Origin: Planctomycetales bacterium
GTDB taxonomy: Bacteria; 4484-113
Length of the DNA stretch: 64,000 nucleotides
NCBI GenBank assembly: GCA_037441675.1
Contig: JBBIRS010000008.1
Coordinates: forward strand, 18,778 to 82,777
Direction: 5' to 3'
Part shown: positions 48,809 through 62,335 of the stretch, in pieces
Layout: the number at the start of each line of letters is the position of its first letter
Position numbering within the stretch: position 1 is the stretch's first letter
Program-made: the position numbers and the translations under genes
Notes under the pieces: model-generated
What the model saw: only the letters and a program-made list of their open reading frames with translations
Databases searched by the model: none
Told to the model about the DNA's origin: nothing

Positions 48809-49723
48809 TTAGGCGTTTTTCTTTTTCTGGGCGCGGGGATGAGCTCTTTCGTAGACTTCCCTTAGGTGTGCCAGGGAGACTTTGGTATAAATGCTCGTAG
48901 TTTCAAGAAGTTTGTGACCTAGAAGAGTTTGAAGTGAGCGAAGGTCAGCCCCACCTTCTAAAAGATGAGTCGCAAAGCTGTGCCTAAGTCTATGTGGGCT
49001 AACATTTTTAGTGATACCCGCTATTAAAGCAAGTTTCTTTAGTAGAGTATTAACGTCCTGCCTGCTCATCTTTTTCCCGCTTCTCGTTATAAAAAGATAT
49101 TCGCACTGCTTCCCCTCGCCAGGCATAAGCGATTCTCTAGAATGAAGGTAATTAATGATGGCATCCTTCGCCAATCGACCAAAGATAACTAATCTCTCCT
49201 TTCCACCCTTTCCCCTAAGCCTAATCATCCTATTATCCATGTCTAAATCATCCAATGTAACATTAATTAGTTCGCTAACTCTAAGGCCAGTGGAGTAAAG
49301 AAGCTCCACTATGGCAAAGTTCCTGTTGGAGTGCTGAGAGAGGTTTAACGCGCACCTGAGAAGTTCGTTGACTTCTTGGACGGTGAGAACTTCTGGGAGC
49401 TTCTTTTCAACTCCTGAAAGCTCCACAAATTCAACGGGATTATCTTTTACTCTGCCCAATTCTCTCAAAAATTCAAAGAATTTTCTCAATGAGGAAGATA
49501 TTCTCTTGGCTGAACTTCTTGAAATTGATGATTTTTGTTTTGAAAGCTTTTCCGCTAAGTACTCTAGTACGTCCTCCTTTGAAATATCGCCAACATCGTT
49601 AATTTTTTTGCATGAGCAGAATTTAAGAAATGAGCACACATCTGAAAGATACGCTGAAATAGTATTTGGCGAAAGGCCTTGAAGCCTAAGTACTTTTGCG
49701 AATTCAGCAGGTAGCTTTTGCAT
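48809..49723 (-). CDS. xerD: Tyrosine site-specific recombinase, XerD/XerC-like
   Basis: HRLRHSFATHLLEGGADLRSLQTLLGHKLLETTSIYTKV...HPRA C-terminal catalytic region (R-H-R-Y) and an N-terminal core-binding domain; 304 aa. Confidence 0.8.
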   Translation of the reverse strand: MQKLPAEFAKVLRLQGLSPNTISAYLSDVCSFLKFCSCKKINDVGDISKEDVLEYLAEKLSKQKSSISRSSAKRISSSLRKFFEFLRELGRVKDNPVEFVELSGVEKKLPEVLTVQEVNELLRCALNLSQHSNRNFAIVELLYSTGLRVSELINVTLDDLDMDNRMIRLRGKGGKERLVIFGRLAKDAIINYLHSRESLMPGEGKQCEYLFITRSGKKMSRQDVNTLLKKLALIAGITKNVSPHRLRHSFATHLLEGGADLRSLQTLLGHKLLETTSIYTKVSLAHLREVYERAHPRAQKKKNA

Positions 49724-49847
49724 TTCTAATGAAATTCTATCACTCGGGTAAAGTTACTTTGCCTAAAACAGGTCACTCGTCTTGGGAGGCAAAATGCAAA
49801 ATATGCCTAAGCAATGAATAAGGACGACAGAATGAGTGAGCGCTAAC

Positions 49848-50561
49848 TCAAGACTTGAATGCAATGTGCAAAGCTACGACACCTAAGCCAAAGTTAAAAG
49901 ATTTGACTGAATTAAATCCCGCTCTTTTGAGCATAGACAGTAGCTCCTTTCTGGTGGGAAAAGTTTTCAAGCTTTCAAAAAGCCAAAGGTATTCCTTTGA
50001 GGCGCCAGCGATAATATGAGCAAGGATGGGAAGGATAAACCGAACGTATATATAACTAAAGGCTCGGATTGGCAAGGGTATCGGTCTATTCAAATCAAGT
50101 ATTGTCAACGCGCCACCCTCCTTTAGCTTTTTATAACTCTCCGCTAGAACTTTTTCCATGTCATCAACGTTTCGAAGCGTGAAACCGCAAGTTATAAGAG
50201 AAAATTCATTATCATTCAGGAATGAAAGGTCTTTGACGTCCTTGGAGTAGAGTTCATAGTTAGATTTTGTAATGTATGGGGCAAGTCTTCTCCGCGCAAC
50301 TTCTAACATCTCTTCAGAAAAATCTACCCCTACGATTCTCTTAGCCTTTCCATCGGTTTTTTTAATCACAAGCTCAATGTAGTCGCCGGTTCCACAACCA
50401 AGGTCAAGGATACTCGCGCCATCTAGGCTTATCCCAGTTAGCTCAAGACTGATCGATTTCCATCTTTTATGTAATCCAAAGCTAATAAGATCGTTCATCA
50501 GGTCATAACGGGTAGCTATCTTTCCGAAAAGTTTGCGAACGTACTGAGCTTTATCCTTCAT
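49848..50561 (-). CDS. ubiE: Demethylmenaquinone/ubiquinone C-methyltransferase (UbiE/MenG family)
   Basis: YDLMNDLISFGLHKRWK and LDLGCGTGD motifs; 237 aa. Confidence 0.8.
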   Translation of the reverse strand: MKDKAQYVRKLFGKIATRYDLMNDLISFGLHKRWKSISLELTGISLDGASILDLGCGTGDYIELVIKKTDGKAKRIVGVDFSEEMLEVARRRLAPYITKSNYELYSKDVKDLSFLNDNEFSLITCGFTLRNVDDMEKVLAESYKKLKEGGALTILDLNRPIPLPIRAFSYIYVRFILPILAHIIAGASKEYLWLFESLKTFPTRKELLSMLKRAGFNSVKSFNFGLGVVALHIAFKS

Positions 50562-50569
50562 ACAAGAAT

Positions 50570-52462
50570 CTAAGTCCTGAGAAAAAGTTTCTCAAATTCT
50601 GATTTAGTGAAATGTAAGATAACAGGGCGACCGTGCGGGCAAGATGTCCAATCTGTAGTTTTTAATACTTCGGAAACGAGGAGCCTTAACTCGCGCGGGT
50701 TGAGTTTATCTCCTGCTTTAATCGCGGAGCGGCACGCAAGCGTCGCCAGCTTCTTCTTTACCGTGTTATCCCACTTCTTGCTCTTCTCAAAATGGAGCAG
50801 ATCAAACAGCACATCCTTTGCCCTTGCTTCAACTTCAGAGGAAAGGATTAAACTAGGAACTTCCGTGACTAAAATAACGTCATCCGAAATTTTCACCTTA
50901 AAGCCTAAGGTAGTTATGAACTCTAAATTTTCTACGAGCAAATCAAGTGTCGCTCTGTCAGCATTTATCTCTAAAGGAAACAGAAGCGCAGTCCTTTCAA
51001 CAGCTGTAGAGGAAGCACTGGTAAGGGCAGACGAAATGCGGTCAAATATTATTCTCTCATGGGCAGAATGCTGATCTATTAGCAGGACACTCTCACTTGA
51101 CACTATGAGTATATACGTCGCATAAAGTTGGCAAACGAAAGAATTGTTACTCGTGTCCACAAAAGATGGAACTTTTAGTTCAGGGGTAAGATTTACGATA
51201 ACCGCTTCAAGATTATCAGCCTCCACTTTTGGAATAAAAGAGCCAATGTAATCATCATCCTCCTTGCTTGGTAAGGTAAATGGAACTAGTTCCCTAAATG
51301 GTTCGACCTTAGTTTCTGGAACTATCGGCTCACCCATTTCGTATAGAGGAACAGTTTTAACTCCTTCCGTTTCCGCAACTCTCCCTGATGCATCAGAAGT
51401 TAAAATTTCCTCCTTTATTTCCCCAAGGGTATCCTGTGCCCCTTCGCCGAACACCTGGACTTTCTTTGTTCCCACCATCTCTCTCATTGTGTCCTTAACC
51501 GCAACCATTACCGCTGAGTAAACCTGCTGTTGGTGCATAAAGGCAACCTCACTCTTGGTTGGGTGTATGTTCACGTCTACTTCCTCAGGTGGAATGGTAA
51601 GCATTAGCGCAAGGGGAGGATACCTATTGGGACTCACGAACTCTTGCAGTGCATCGTCTACGGAGCGAAATAACAATCTGCTCTTTACCGGACGCTTGTT
51701 CACGAAGAAGAACTGAAGCCTTCTCTCCTCGCTAAAGAGAGATGGAGGAGCAATGAGACCTCTCACAGCGAGAGGCGGATATTCTCTCTCAAACTTTACC
51801 AGCCTTTCAGATATACTTTTGCCAAATACTTGGGAGAGCACGCCAATCTCCAAACCTTTTCCATAACTTTCAAGTAAAGTTCTACCTTGACTAATTAACT
51901 TGAAAGCAACATTATCAAAGGCAAGAACGTAATTCTTGAGTAAGTTTGATATATGGTAAGTTTCAGTAGCTTTGCCGCGCAAAAACTTCTTTCTCACAGG
52001 AGTGTTGAAGAAAAGCTCTCTAACTTCAACGCTAGTGCCCACGTTAAGGGCGATAGGCTTAATACGTATGATATTGCCACCCTCCGCGGTAAGCTCTCCC
52101 CCGGTTTCCTCGCTAAAATGCCTACTTGTTATGGTTAGCTTGCTAATCGCGCATATTGCCGCCAGCGCCTCTCCGCGAAACCCTAGTGTAGTTTGGTGGT
52201 AAATATCTTCGCAAAGCGTAATCTTAGAAGTGTGAAAATTCTTTACCGCAAGGGCGAGCTCGTCAAAAAGAATTCCCGAGCCATTGTCAGTCACACGTAT
52301 AAGGCTTTTCCCGCCGTCATCTATTTCAACTGCAATTTCATTTGCTTGAGCGTCAAGAGAGTTTTCAATAAGCTCTTTAACAACCGACACAGGTCGTTCA
52401 ACCACTTCGCCAGCAGCGATTTTCTCAACCTCCTCTGGCGCTAATGGGTGAATAATTGGCAT
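50570..52462 (-). CDS. mutL: DNA mismatch repair protein MutL
   Basis: GHKL ATPase N-terminus (AAGEVVERP...ELIENSLDA...DNGSGI) and a C-terminal dimerisation domain; 630 aa. Confidence 0.9.
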   Translation of the reverse strand: MPIIHPLAPEEVEKIAAGEVVERPVSVVKELIENSLDAQANEIAVEIDDGGKSLIRVTDNGSGILFDELALAVKNFHTSKITLCEDIYHQTTLGFRGEALAAICAISKLTITSRHFSEETGGELTAEGGNIIRIKPIALNVGTSVEVRELFFNTPVRKKFLRGKATETYHISNLLKNYVLAFDNVAFKLISQGRTLLESYGKGLEIGVLSQVFGKSISERLVKFEREYPPLAVRGLIAPPSLFSEERRLQFFFVNKRPVKSRLLFRSVDDALQEFVSPNRYPPLALMLTIPPEEVDVNIHPTKSEVAFMHQQQVYSAVMVAVKDTMREMVGTKKVQVFGEGAQDTLGEIKEEILTSDASGRVAETEGVKTVPLYEMGEPIVPETKVEPFRELVPFTLPSKEDDDYIGSFIPKVEADNLEAVIVNLTPELKVPSFVDTSNNSFVCQLYATYILIVSSESVLLIDQHSAHERIIFDRISSALTSASSTAVERTALLFPLEINADRATLDLLVENLEFITTLGFKVKISDDVILVTEVPSLILSSEVEARAKDVLFDLLHFEKSKKWDNTVKKKLATLACRSAIKAGDKLNPRELRLLVSEVLKTTDWTSCPHGRPVILHFTKSEFEKLFLRT

Positions 52463-52554
52463 AGAAAAACTATACCAGATGGAACATCTTAAAGAGATAG
52501 AATTCGGAAATCCAAAATTTAATCAATTGGCAATGTTAAACTGAAGAACTTTCC

Positions 52555-54639
<2,085 letters not shown>

Positions 54640-54728
54640 TCACCATTTTACTAGAACCTGATTGACTTAACAAAACTTTTCGTTTAGTATTTGACTGGAA
54701 TAAAATTTAAGCGGATTGGAGACGGGAA

Positions 54729-55160
54729 ATGGGAGCAAGAATCTTCGGCGGAATAGTTATGATGATTTTTGGTTTGTTGTTTGTGCTTTATGGGGGCAAA
54801 AATCCAGAGCTTCTTGAAAACTTGAAGTATAGCCTAGTAATTTTAGGGGATTTACTCTGGATATTTGGTGGTCTTGCGCTTTACTTTGGAACAAGCAGTA
54901 AGACGGGTAAGGCATGGGTGGGAGGCTTGTTGGTGATTGTTGCACTTCTTGCGTTTTTGTTCTTCACGGGGGATGTCCCGATTTTGATGAAATATGGAAT
55001 TCTAGTTATCTGTGTAACGACTCTGATTGGCGCTATCACACTACTTATCGGTGCAGGATTGATACCCGCCCCCGGTCAGAGTTTCCCAATGGGTAGTCCG
55101 CAGAACATTCCTCCAAAGATGCCTGTCCCTGAGAAAAAGAAAGAGAGCGAACAACAATAA
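54729..55160 (+). CDS. Small hydrophobic membrane protein (hypothetical)
   Basis: Four predicted TM helices; 143 aa. Confidence 0.45.
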   Translation: MGARIFGGIVMMIFGLLFVLYGGKNPELLENLKYSLVILGDLLWIFGGLALYFGTSSKTGKAWVGGLLVIVALLAFLFFTGDVPILMKYGILVICVTTLIGAITLLIGAGLIPAPGQSFPMGSPQNIPPKMPVPEKKKESEQQ

Positions 55161-55432
55161 GCCTATTTATTCATATATTTCACAGGACTTTAATTACTAA
55201 ACGCGAATCTGAAGAATTGGATTAAAGTAATACTTATTGTGCTCATCGTTCTCGCTGAAGAAAAATTTACTTAGACACCTTATTTGTAATTTTGTGCGGG
55301 CGGGCTTTAAGCCCCGACACAGCTCTAAAGAGTTATCTTCACACCAGATTTCCTTTGAGCTTTTGAATCTGCACCACTATGTTTAGTGATATGACCAAAA
55401 CTCACACCGAGATACTTGGTAGAATCAATTAA

Positions 55433-56959
55433 ATGGAATCAAAGGAAAGAAAGAGGGAAAAGCCTTTAGGGCGTAGGAGTAATGTTGTGGAAATTCAAGT
55501 GCCAGAATCCAACGTTCCCCTTGCAGAGAGAATGAGACCTAGAACGCTTTCGGAGTTCATCGGGCAGGAGCATTTAACCAGCGAGGGAGGACTGATTAGG
55601 CGAATTATTGACAGTGGAAAAATTCCTTCTTTAATCTTCTGGGGACCACCTGGAAGCGGAAAAACCACACTTGCCTACCTTCTTGGCACGAGCGGGAATT
55701 ATGAGTTTGTGAGGCTTTCCGCGGTAACAAGCGGACTTTCTGAGGTTCGTGAAGTGATAGATTTTGCTAACCGTTCCCGGAAAATGTTTAATCGCTCTAC
55801 TATCCTTTTCATTGACGAGATTCATCGCTTTAACAAGGCTCAGCAGGATGCATTTCTTCCACACGTTGAGCGGGGAACAATAATCCTTCTTGGAGCTACT
55901 ACTGAAAACCCAAGTTTTGAAGTAATTTCTCCACTTCTATCCCGATGCAAGGTTCTAGTGCTTAATCGCCTAGAGGACTTTCATATAGCGAAAATAGTGA
56001 AGATGGCGCTTACGGACAAGGAGCGTGGGTTTGGAAATTTAAGAGTCGGAATTAAGGATGATGCCCTCGCGCTTTTAGCGCGCGCCGCTGACGGCGATGC
56101 AAGGTTCGCTCTGAACGCGATTGAGCTTGCGGTTGATTTGCTGGCTAAGGAAGAAAAGCATGCCGGGAAAATGGTGATTGACCTTGCTTTCATCCGAGAT
56201 GTTTTCACTCGGCGCGAGCTTCTATATGACAAGACGGGTGAAGAGCATTACAACCTCATAAGCGCGCTTCACAAGAGTATCCGCGGGAGCGACCCTGACG
56301 CAGCGCTCTATTATCTGAACAGGATGCTGGAGGGCGGGGAGGACCCGAAGTTTATAGCTAGGAGGCTAGTGCGCGCTGCGAGCGAGGACATCGGGCTTGC
56401 AGACCCGTTTGCGCTGGTGCTTGCGACGGAGACTTTCAGAACGGTGGAGCTAATCGGAATGCCAGAGTGCGATTGCGCCTTAGCGGAGCTGGTGATTTAC
56501 CTCTCTGCTGCGCCTAAAAGCAATTCCGCCTATTTTGCTCAGGATTTGGCAAAAAAGGCGGTCGCGGAGTTTGGCGCTGAGCCAGTCCCCATGGCACTCA
56601 GAAATCCTGTGACCGAACTGATGAAGGAGCTCGGCTATGGCAAGGAATACAAGTATCCGCATAAAGAAATGCGGAGTGCTGAGTCGCCAGCTGACATTGA
56701 AGAAGAAGCTAGTCGGGCGGACACTTCAAAACAAGCCAATTCCACGGAGCTAGAAGCTGACATCCCAAAGGTGGAAGTTGACGCTTCTAGGGGTTCATCC
56801 GAAGACGTGCTGGGTGGTTTTATCCTTGCAAACTACCTGCCTGAAAAGCTCAAGGGCAAACGCTTCTACTACCCCAAGGATGAAGGCGCGGAGAAGAAGG
56901 TGAAGGAGCTACTTGAGCGCCGCTGGGGCAAGGGAATGCGGAGGAAGGACTCGCTCTAA
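55433..56959 (+). CDS. rarA: Replication-associated recombination protein A (RarA/MgsA) AAA+ ATPase
   Basis: [25 protein letters not shown], and the conserved C-terminus [14 protein letters not shown] interrupted by an acidic insert of about 50 aa. Confidence 0.85.
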   Translation: MESKERKREKPLGRRSNVVEIQVPESNVPLAERMRPRTLSEFIGQEHLTSEGGLIRRIIDSGKIPSLIFWGPPGSGKTTLAYLLGTSGNYEFVRLSAVTSGLSEVREVIDFANRSRKMFNRSTILFIDEIHRFNKAQQDAFLPHVERGTIILLGATTENPSFEVISPLLSRCKVLVLNRLEDFHIAKIVKMALTDKERGFGNLRVGIKDDALALLARAADGDARFALNAIELAVDLLAKEEKHAGKMVIDLAFIRDVFTRRELLYDKTGEEHYNLISALHKSIRGSDPDAALYYLNRMLEGGEDPKFIARRLVRAASEDIGLADPFALVLATETFRTVELIGMPECDCALAELVIYLSAAPKSNSAYFAQDLAKKAVAEFGAEPVPMALRNPVTELMKELGYGKEYKYPHKEMRSAESPADIEEEASRADTSKQANSTELEADIPKVEVDASRGSSEDVLGGFILANYLPEKLKGKRFYYPKDEGAEKKVKELLERRWGKGMRRKDSL

Positions 56960-57338
56960 GTTCCATCCTGAAGGAGGTATGAAGTGATGAAGAAAGAGCG
57001 CGGATACGCTACTTTTGTTGTCATAAGAATGAATAAGTAATGAACAAGAGACAGACAATCATCTAGGAAATAGAAGAGACGCCTGAAGGAGTTCTTTACA
57101 AACTCTTGGCTTTCCTTCGGATCATCAGGGAAGGACGCTCGGAGGAGAATCTAATCCCGCTTATCCTCAGCGAAAGCACGCTGGGAAAGGATTGGACAAG
57201 CCCCGAAGAGGACGTAAGGGCTCCAAATGATGAAATCAGACCGTACGACAAACGGAAAACTGCATAGCATAACTTTCCCGTAATGCCACAACAGATTATC
57301 CAACTTTATATCTTATAGTGATAAACTAAAGAGTTTGG

Positions 57339-60300
57339 ATGATAGAAAAAATCACTGAACATTTTTCTGGGCTAGCAAAGCAATGTCTATCCATTGAAAA
57401 GGGACCCATCGCGGTTGAAGAGCTAATTGGTTCATCCGTTTACTTTTGGCTTTATGAGCTGGCGAAGCTGTATAAAGGCGTAATATTTTTTGCAACTGAG
57501 AATAATGAAACCGCACAAAACGCTTACGCCTGTTTCTGGACTGTTGCGAACATTCTTGAAACCAAAGGCTTAAGCAGTAAGTTAGACTCAAATCAGCAAA
57601 ACTTCACTGATATCACAATCAAAGCCTTGTACTATCCTGATATAGAGCTAACAAATCTATTTGAGGTTAGCGCGCATTATAACGACTTAAAGGAGCTACA
57701 ATCAAAGGTACAACAGGAGCTAATGAGTTTGGATAGTGCGGTCGTATTCTTACCATATCGCTCTCTTTTTCGCAGAACACACGGAAGAAACGCAGTGGAG
57801 AACTCATTTATTCGCTTAAAAGCGGTCAAGAGTCAAAATCCCGTAGATGGAAATGCAATTTCAAGGATATCCATTGATGAGCTTTGTGAAAGGCTAGTAA
57901 GCTTCGGTTACAAGAATGAAAGTATAGTGATCGCAAAGGGGGAGTTCGCACGCAGAGGCGGAATAGTGGACATTTACCCTTACGGCAGTTACTTCCCAGT
58001 GCGACTTGACTTCTTCGCTGATGAGATAGAGGAGTTGAAGAGTTTTGACCCGGCAACCCAGAGAAGTGTCCAAACGGTTGAAGAGATACTAATTCTACCG
58101 AAGTCGCCATTGAACAAACTAGGAGGTAAAGATTGGATAGTAGAGGGAGTTAATGACTTGATGAAAGATTATGAGCGTGAAATGAAACTAGCAGTGCCCG
58201 ATTCCGCTCTCTCTGTATTGAAAAGTACAGTGAATGAAGATCTTCTTTCCATACAAGAAGAGTTGGATAACTTAAGGTTAGATTTTTACCTAGAAGCTGT
58301 TGGCATAAGAAATGAAACAATAGTAGACTTTGCGCGAAAGCCAGCCGTTATCTTTTATGAGCCATTGCTGATAGAAAATGAAACTGTATCCTTCAAGAGA
58401 TTTTGGGAGGCTAGATTTCATGAATGGAGACAGAACGCTCTGACGTTTACGGATTTCTCCGATTATTATTTACTGCCAGATAAAGCTGTAACGGAATGGA
58501 TATATCAAAAAAGGTCTGAGATTGAACTTGAATGGACGAAGAAACACTATCCATCATTTCTTGTTTTTCCCCTTAAGGCTCCCGATGATATTAAGCCACC
58601 CAAACTCCAAGCCCATTGCAATCATCTATCACTAACCTCATATTCAATCTCCAACGTTGCTAAGACTATTAAAGATGAGGAGGGCAACCACATTCTTGTT
58701 ACTCAATTTGCCCAAAGGATTAAAGATATAGTTTCCGAAAGTGGAGCTACTATCGAAGTATCCCATGGAAGCCTACCCAAAGGGTTCTCATTATGCCAAA
58801 ACCGAGAGAAAATAACTCTTGTCACTGATTATGAAATCTTTGGTGAACTTACTGAAACCGTTGGACGTGAACCCAAAATCTGGAGAAAGGGTGGATTAAA
58901 AACTGCTGAACAACTTCGCCCGGGTGATTATGTTGTTCACATTGATTACGGTATTGGCAGATTCGTTGGCTTAACTGAGAAAATGACAAAGGATGTAAAG
59001 CGAGTTTACGTAGAGATTGCATACGCTGATAACGAAAAACTCTTTGTCCCAGTTGACCAGATGGAGAGGCTTAAACTCTATCGCTCCTCGGGAACTCCGA
59101 AATTATCCAGCCTATCACGCTCAACATGGAAAAGAACAATCAATAAGGTGAGGAAGGATGTCTTTAAGTTTGCGCTCAAGCTATTCAAGCTGTATCGACA
59201 GAGAAAAACCGAAGCCGGGTATCGTTTTGAAAGCGGTGGAAGATGGATGGAAGAATTTATACAGGGATTCCCCTATGAGTTAACCCCCGACCAAAAAGAG
59301 GGATGGGAAGCAGTTGAAAGAGACATGGAAAGTTCCAAGGTTATGGATAGACTTATCTGTGGCGAGGTTGGCTATGGCAAGACGGAAATTGCCTTGAGGG
59401 CAGCCTTCAAGGCGAACATTTCTGGAAAACAGGTATTGATGCTTTGTCCAACGACAATTCTGGCGGAACAGCATTATTCCACATTTGTAAGAAGATACAA
59501 GCCCTTCCCGTTTAGAGTTGAGCTACTTTCACGCTTTCAAAGTGGTAATACGCAGAAAGAGATAATTCGCGCTATCGCTGAAAACAAGGTGGACGTAGTA
59601 ATTGCAACTCATCGCGCGCTTTCAAAGGACATTATACTTCCACGACTGGGATTGCTAATTATTGATGAAGAGCAAAGATTCGGTGTGAAGCAGAAAGAAG
59701 AATTGAAACTTAGATATCCTAACATAGATGTGTTGACACTGACCGCAACACCAATTCCAAGAACGCTTAGAATGAGCTTAATTGGACTTTTAGACATTTC
59801 TCTAATTGAGACACCGCCACCAGAAAGAAAACCGGTTAAAACTTATGTGGGTGAGTGGAATGAGCATTTAATTAAGGATGCGATAATAAAGGAAACTAAC
59901 CGTGGAGGACAAGTTTACTACTTGCATAACCGAGTTGAAGATATTGGTCGCGTAGCACAATGGCTAAAGGAACTTGTGCCTGGACTAAAAGTTGGAATTG
60001 CTCACGGCAAACTACCAGACAAGATACTTGAGGAGATGATGATTGCCTTTAACCTGGGAGCCTTTGACATTCTTCTCGCAACCACGATTATTGAAAATGG
60101 GCTAGATATCCCTAGGGTAAATACACTAATCGTTGACTCCGCAGAGCATCTTGGCCTTGCACAGATGCATCAAATTAGGGGAAGGGTTGGCAGAAGCGCG
60201 GTAAGGGCATACGCGTATTTCTTTCATAGTCCACAGAGAGCACTCACGCAGGAAGCCAGGGAACGATTAAGAGCCATCTACAGCTGTGCATATCTTGGCG

Positions 60301-61109
60301 CGGGATATGAGATTGCGCAACAAGATATGTTGATTAGAGGAGCGGGAACGATTCTAGGCACGGAGCAAAGTGGCGCTATTGAGCAAATCGGTATGGATTA
60401 TTACTTTGACCTTCTCCAAAATGCGGTTGAAAGCTTGAAGAAATTCCCCGAAGAATTCATTGACACTGGCAAGATTCCCTGGAGAGAGGAAGATATGACA
60501 GTGCAAGTTGACCTGCCTCTCGCTTGTTTCATCCCGGAAGACTATATCGGAAGCACTCCTTTGAGAATGCACTTTTATCTGAAAATCGCATCCTCTAAAG
60601 ATGAAGAGGAGTTGAAACTTGTACGAGAGGAACTTGTGGACAGGTTCGGTAGAGTCCCAGTGGAGGCGGAGAATCTATTTTACATTGCAAGGCTTAAGTA
60701 TCTTGCCCTAAAAGCCGAAATAAATCAAATAGCTTACATTCCTGCACAGCAGAAATTAACCCTATCTTTCTTTAATCACTCTTCTTCGGAAATTGAACAA
60801 GACCTGGATGAATCTTTGATAAGGTACAATGAGGATGCGATTAACCATCAACATAGAAAGAAAAGAAACATTCCTACTTATTCGTCCAAGAGCGAAACTA
60901 TCAATTTGCGCAAGCCCTCTCAAACGCCTCAGTTATTAAAACATAAGCCCTGGTTAAGAAAACTTGAGATCTTAGATTCCCGTGTGGTGGAAGTGATGGA
61001 CGGACGAGTTTCGCTACTTGTTCCATACTCCAAATCGCAACAACTTCGATTCAAGGAAGACGTCCTATCAACTGTAAAGCGAATTATTGATCTTTCCCAA
61101 GGTAATTAA
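57339..61109 (+). CDS. mfd: Transcription-repair coupling factor Mfd
   Basis: RNAP-interacting DYGIGRF motif, helicase motifs (GEVGYGKTE, DEEQRFGV, RGRVGRS) and a C-terminal TRCF domain; 1256 aa. Confidence 0.9.
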   Translation: MIEKITEHFSGLAKQCLSIEKGPIAVEELIGSSVYFWLYELAKLYKGVIFFATENNETAQNAYACFWTVANILETKGLSSKLDSNQQNFTDITIKALYYPDIELTNLFEVSAHYNDLKELQSKVQQELMSLDSAVVFLPYRSLFRRTHGRNAVENSFIRLKAVKSQNPVDGNAISRISIDELCERLVSFGYKNESIVIAKGEFARRGGIVDIYPYGSYFPVRLDFFADEIEELKSFDPATQRSVQTVEEILILPKSPLNKLGGKDWIVEGVNDLMKDYEREMKLAVPDSALSVLKSTVNEDLLSIQEELDNLRLDFYLEAVGIRNETIVDFARKPAVIFYEPLLIENETVSFKRFWEARFHEWRQNALTFTDFSDYYLLPDKAVTEWIYQKRSEIELEWTKKHYPSFLVFPLKAPDDIKPPKLQAHCNHLSLTSYSISNVAKTIKDEEGNHILVTQFAQRIKDIVSESGATIEVSHGSLPKGFSLCQNREKITLVTDYEIFGELTETVGREPKIWRKGGLKTAEQLRPGDYVVHIDYGIGRFVGLTEKMTKDVKRVYVEIAYADNEKLFVPVDQMERLKLYRSSGTPKLSSLSRSTWKRTINKVRKDVFKFALKLFKLYRQRKTEAGYRFESGGRWMEEFIQGFPYELTPDQKEGWEAVERDMESSKVMDRLICGEVGYGKTEIALRAAFKANISGKQVLMLCPTTILAEQHYSTFVRRYKPFPFRVELLSRFQSGNTQKEIIRAIAENKVDVVIATHRALSKDIILPRLGLLIIDEEQRFGVKQKEELKLRYPNIDVLTLTATPIPRTLRMSLIGLLDISLIETPPPERKPVKTYVGEWNEHLIKDAIIKETNRGGQVYYLHNRVEDIGRVAQWLKELVPGLKVGIAHGKLPDKILEEMMIAFNLGAFDILLATTIIENGLDIPRVNTLIVDSAEHLGLAQMHQIRGRVGRSAVRAYAYFFHSPQRALTQEARERLRAIYSCAYLGAGYEIAQQDMLIRGAGTILGTEQSGAIEQIGMDYYFDLLQNAVESLKKFPEEFIDTGKIPWREEDMTVQVDLPLACFIPEDYIGSTPLRMHFYLKIASSKDEEELKLVREELVDRFGRVPVEAENLFYIARLKYLALKAEINQIAYIPAQQKLTLSFFNHSSSEIEQDLDESLIRYNEDAINHQHRKKRNIPTYSSKSETINLRKPSQTPQLLKHKPWLRKLEILDSRVVEVMDGRVSLLVPYSKSQQLRFKEDVLSTVKRIIDLSQGN

Positions 61110-61211
61110 AGGATTAAACCCTTCCAATGATTAAGCGTGAAGTCCCAAGGTAAAGCCTAGTTGCCTCCCATTAAGGGCGAGTTGATTTAATACTGCTAGA
61201 ATCTTTATTCT

Positions 61212-62330
61212 ATGCGAGTTCCTGCGGTAGACCTTACTCGTCTTCATTCCCAAATAGAGGATGAACTTTTGGCATTGGCTAAAAATGTCATTGGTTCTGG
61301 AAGGTACATTTTAGGGCCAGAGGTAAGAAAACTGGAAAGAAGAATGATGGAGCTGACGCAGACAAAAGCCTGCGTCGCGGTAAACTCTGGGACTGACGCG
61401 CTAACTTTAGCTCTAATGGCTTCTGGCATAGGCAGAGAGTGCGAGGTTATCACAACTCCATTTTCTTTCTTTGCCACAGTTGAAGCGATTCTGGCGGTTG
61501 GCGCAAAGCCTGTCTTTGTGGATATTGAACCCACTACTTTCTGCATCAACCCCGAGCTACTTGAACGGGCTGTATCTAATCGGACCTCCGCGATAATTCC
61601 TGTCCATATTTATGGCCATCCCGCTAATATGCCGGAGATTATTAAACAGGCAGAAATGCTAAATAACGTGTTTGTGTTGGAAGACTGCGCGCAGGCACTT
61701 GGCGCTAGTATCAATGGTAAACCTGTCGGAAGTTTTGGAGACTTTTCTGCTTTTTCCTTTTATCCCACTAAGAACGTTGGGGCATTAGGGGATGGGGGGT
61801 GCTTTGTCACAAAGTTTGATAACTATGCAGAGGCTGTGAGAAGATTGCGAAACCATGGTCAGTCCTCACGCTACTTTTATGAGAGTAGAGGGATAAACTC
61901 AAGGCTGGACGAAATTCAGGCAGGCTTCCTAAATGTGAAGCTTAGATTCCTAGATGAATGGAATAGGGAGCGCAAAAAACTCGCCCAAAGTTATACTGCA
62001 AGAATAAATCTGGAACTAGGAGATAGAGTTATCTGCCCATCGGAGAAAGAGAATTTCAATCACGTCTATAACCAATACACAATTAGGGTAAATAAGCGCG
62101 TTGAAATATTGAGATATTTACAAGAGAATGGAATTGAAGCAATCGCTCATTATCCGTGTCCGTTACATCTTATCAAGCCTTTAAGATACTTGCGTTACAA
62201 GGTGGGAGATTTTCCTCAAGCTGAAACTGCTGCGCGGGAGGTAATTTCCCTGCCTATATTTCCCGGACTTACCGAAAATGAACAAGAGTACGTTGTGGCA
62301 AAACTGAAGAACGCTATCAAGGGAGGCTAA
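61212..62330 (+). CDS. DegT/DnrJ/EryC1/StrS-family sugar aminotransferase
   Basis: GPEV...ELTQTKACVAVNSGTDAL and FSFYPTKN (active-site Lys region); 372 aa. Confidence 0.8.
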   Translation: MRVPAVDLTRLHSQIEDELLALAKNVIGSGRYILGPEVRKLERRMMELTQTKACVAVNSGTDALTLALMASGIGRECEVITTPFSFFATVEAILAVGAKPVFVDIEPTTFCINPELLERAVSNRTSAIIPVHIYGHPANMPEIIKQAEMLNNVFVLEDCAQALGASINGKPVGSFGDFSAFSFYPTKNVGALGDGGCFVTKFDNYAEAVRRLRNHGQSSRYFYESRGINSRLDEIQAGFLNVKLRFLDEWNRERKKLAQSYTARINLELGDRVICPSEKENFNHVYNQYTIRVNKRVEILRYLQENGIEAIAHYPCPLHLIKPLRYLRYKVGDFPQAETAAREVISLPIFPGLTENEQEYVVAKLKNAIKGG

Positions 62331-62335
62331 GTAAA

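Noticed and set aside
48809-49723. Tyrosine recombinase as the integrase of a mobile element or genomic island
   Set aside because: The C-terminal catalytic region is XerD-like (LGH..L.TTQIYT.V...HPRA) and the size is 304 aa. Flanking genes are core (ubiE, mutL, ligA). It is not adjacent to a tRNA and no direct repeats are visible. Most likely the chromosomal dimer-resolution recombinase.
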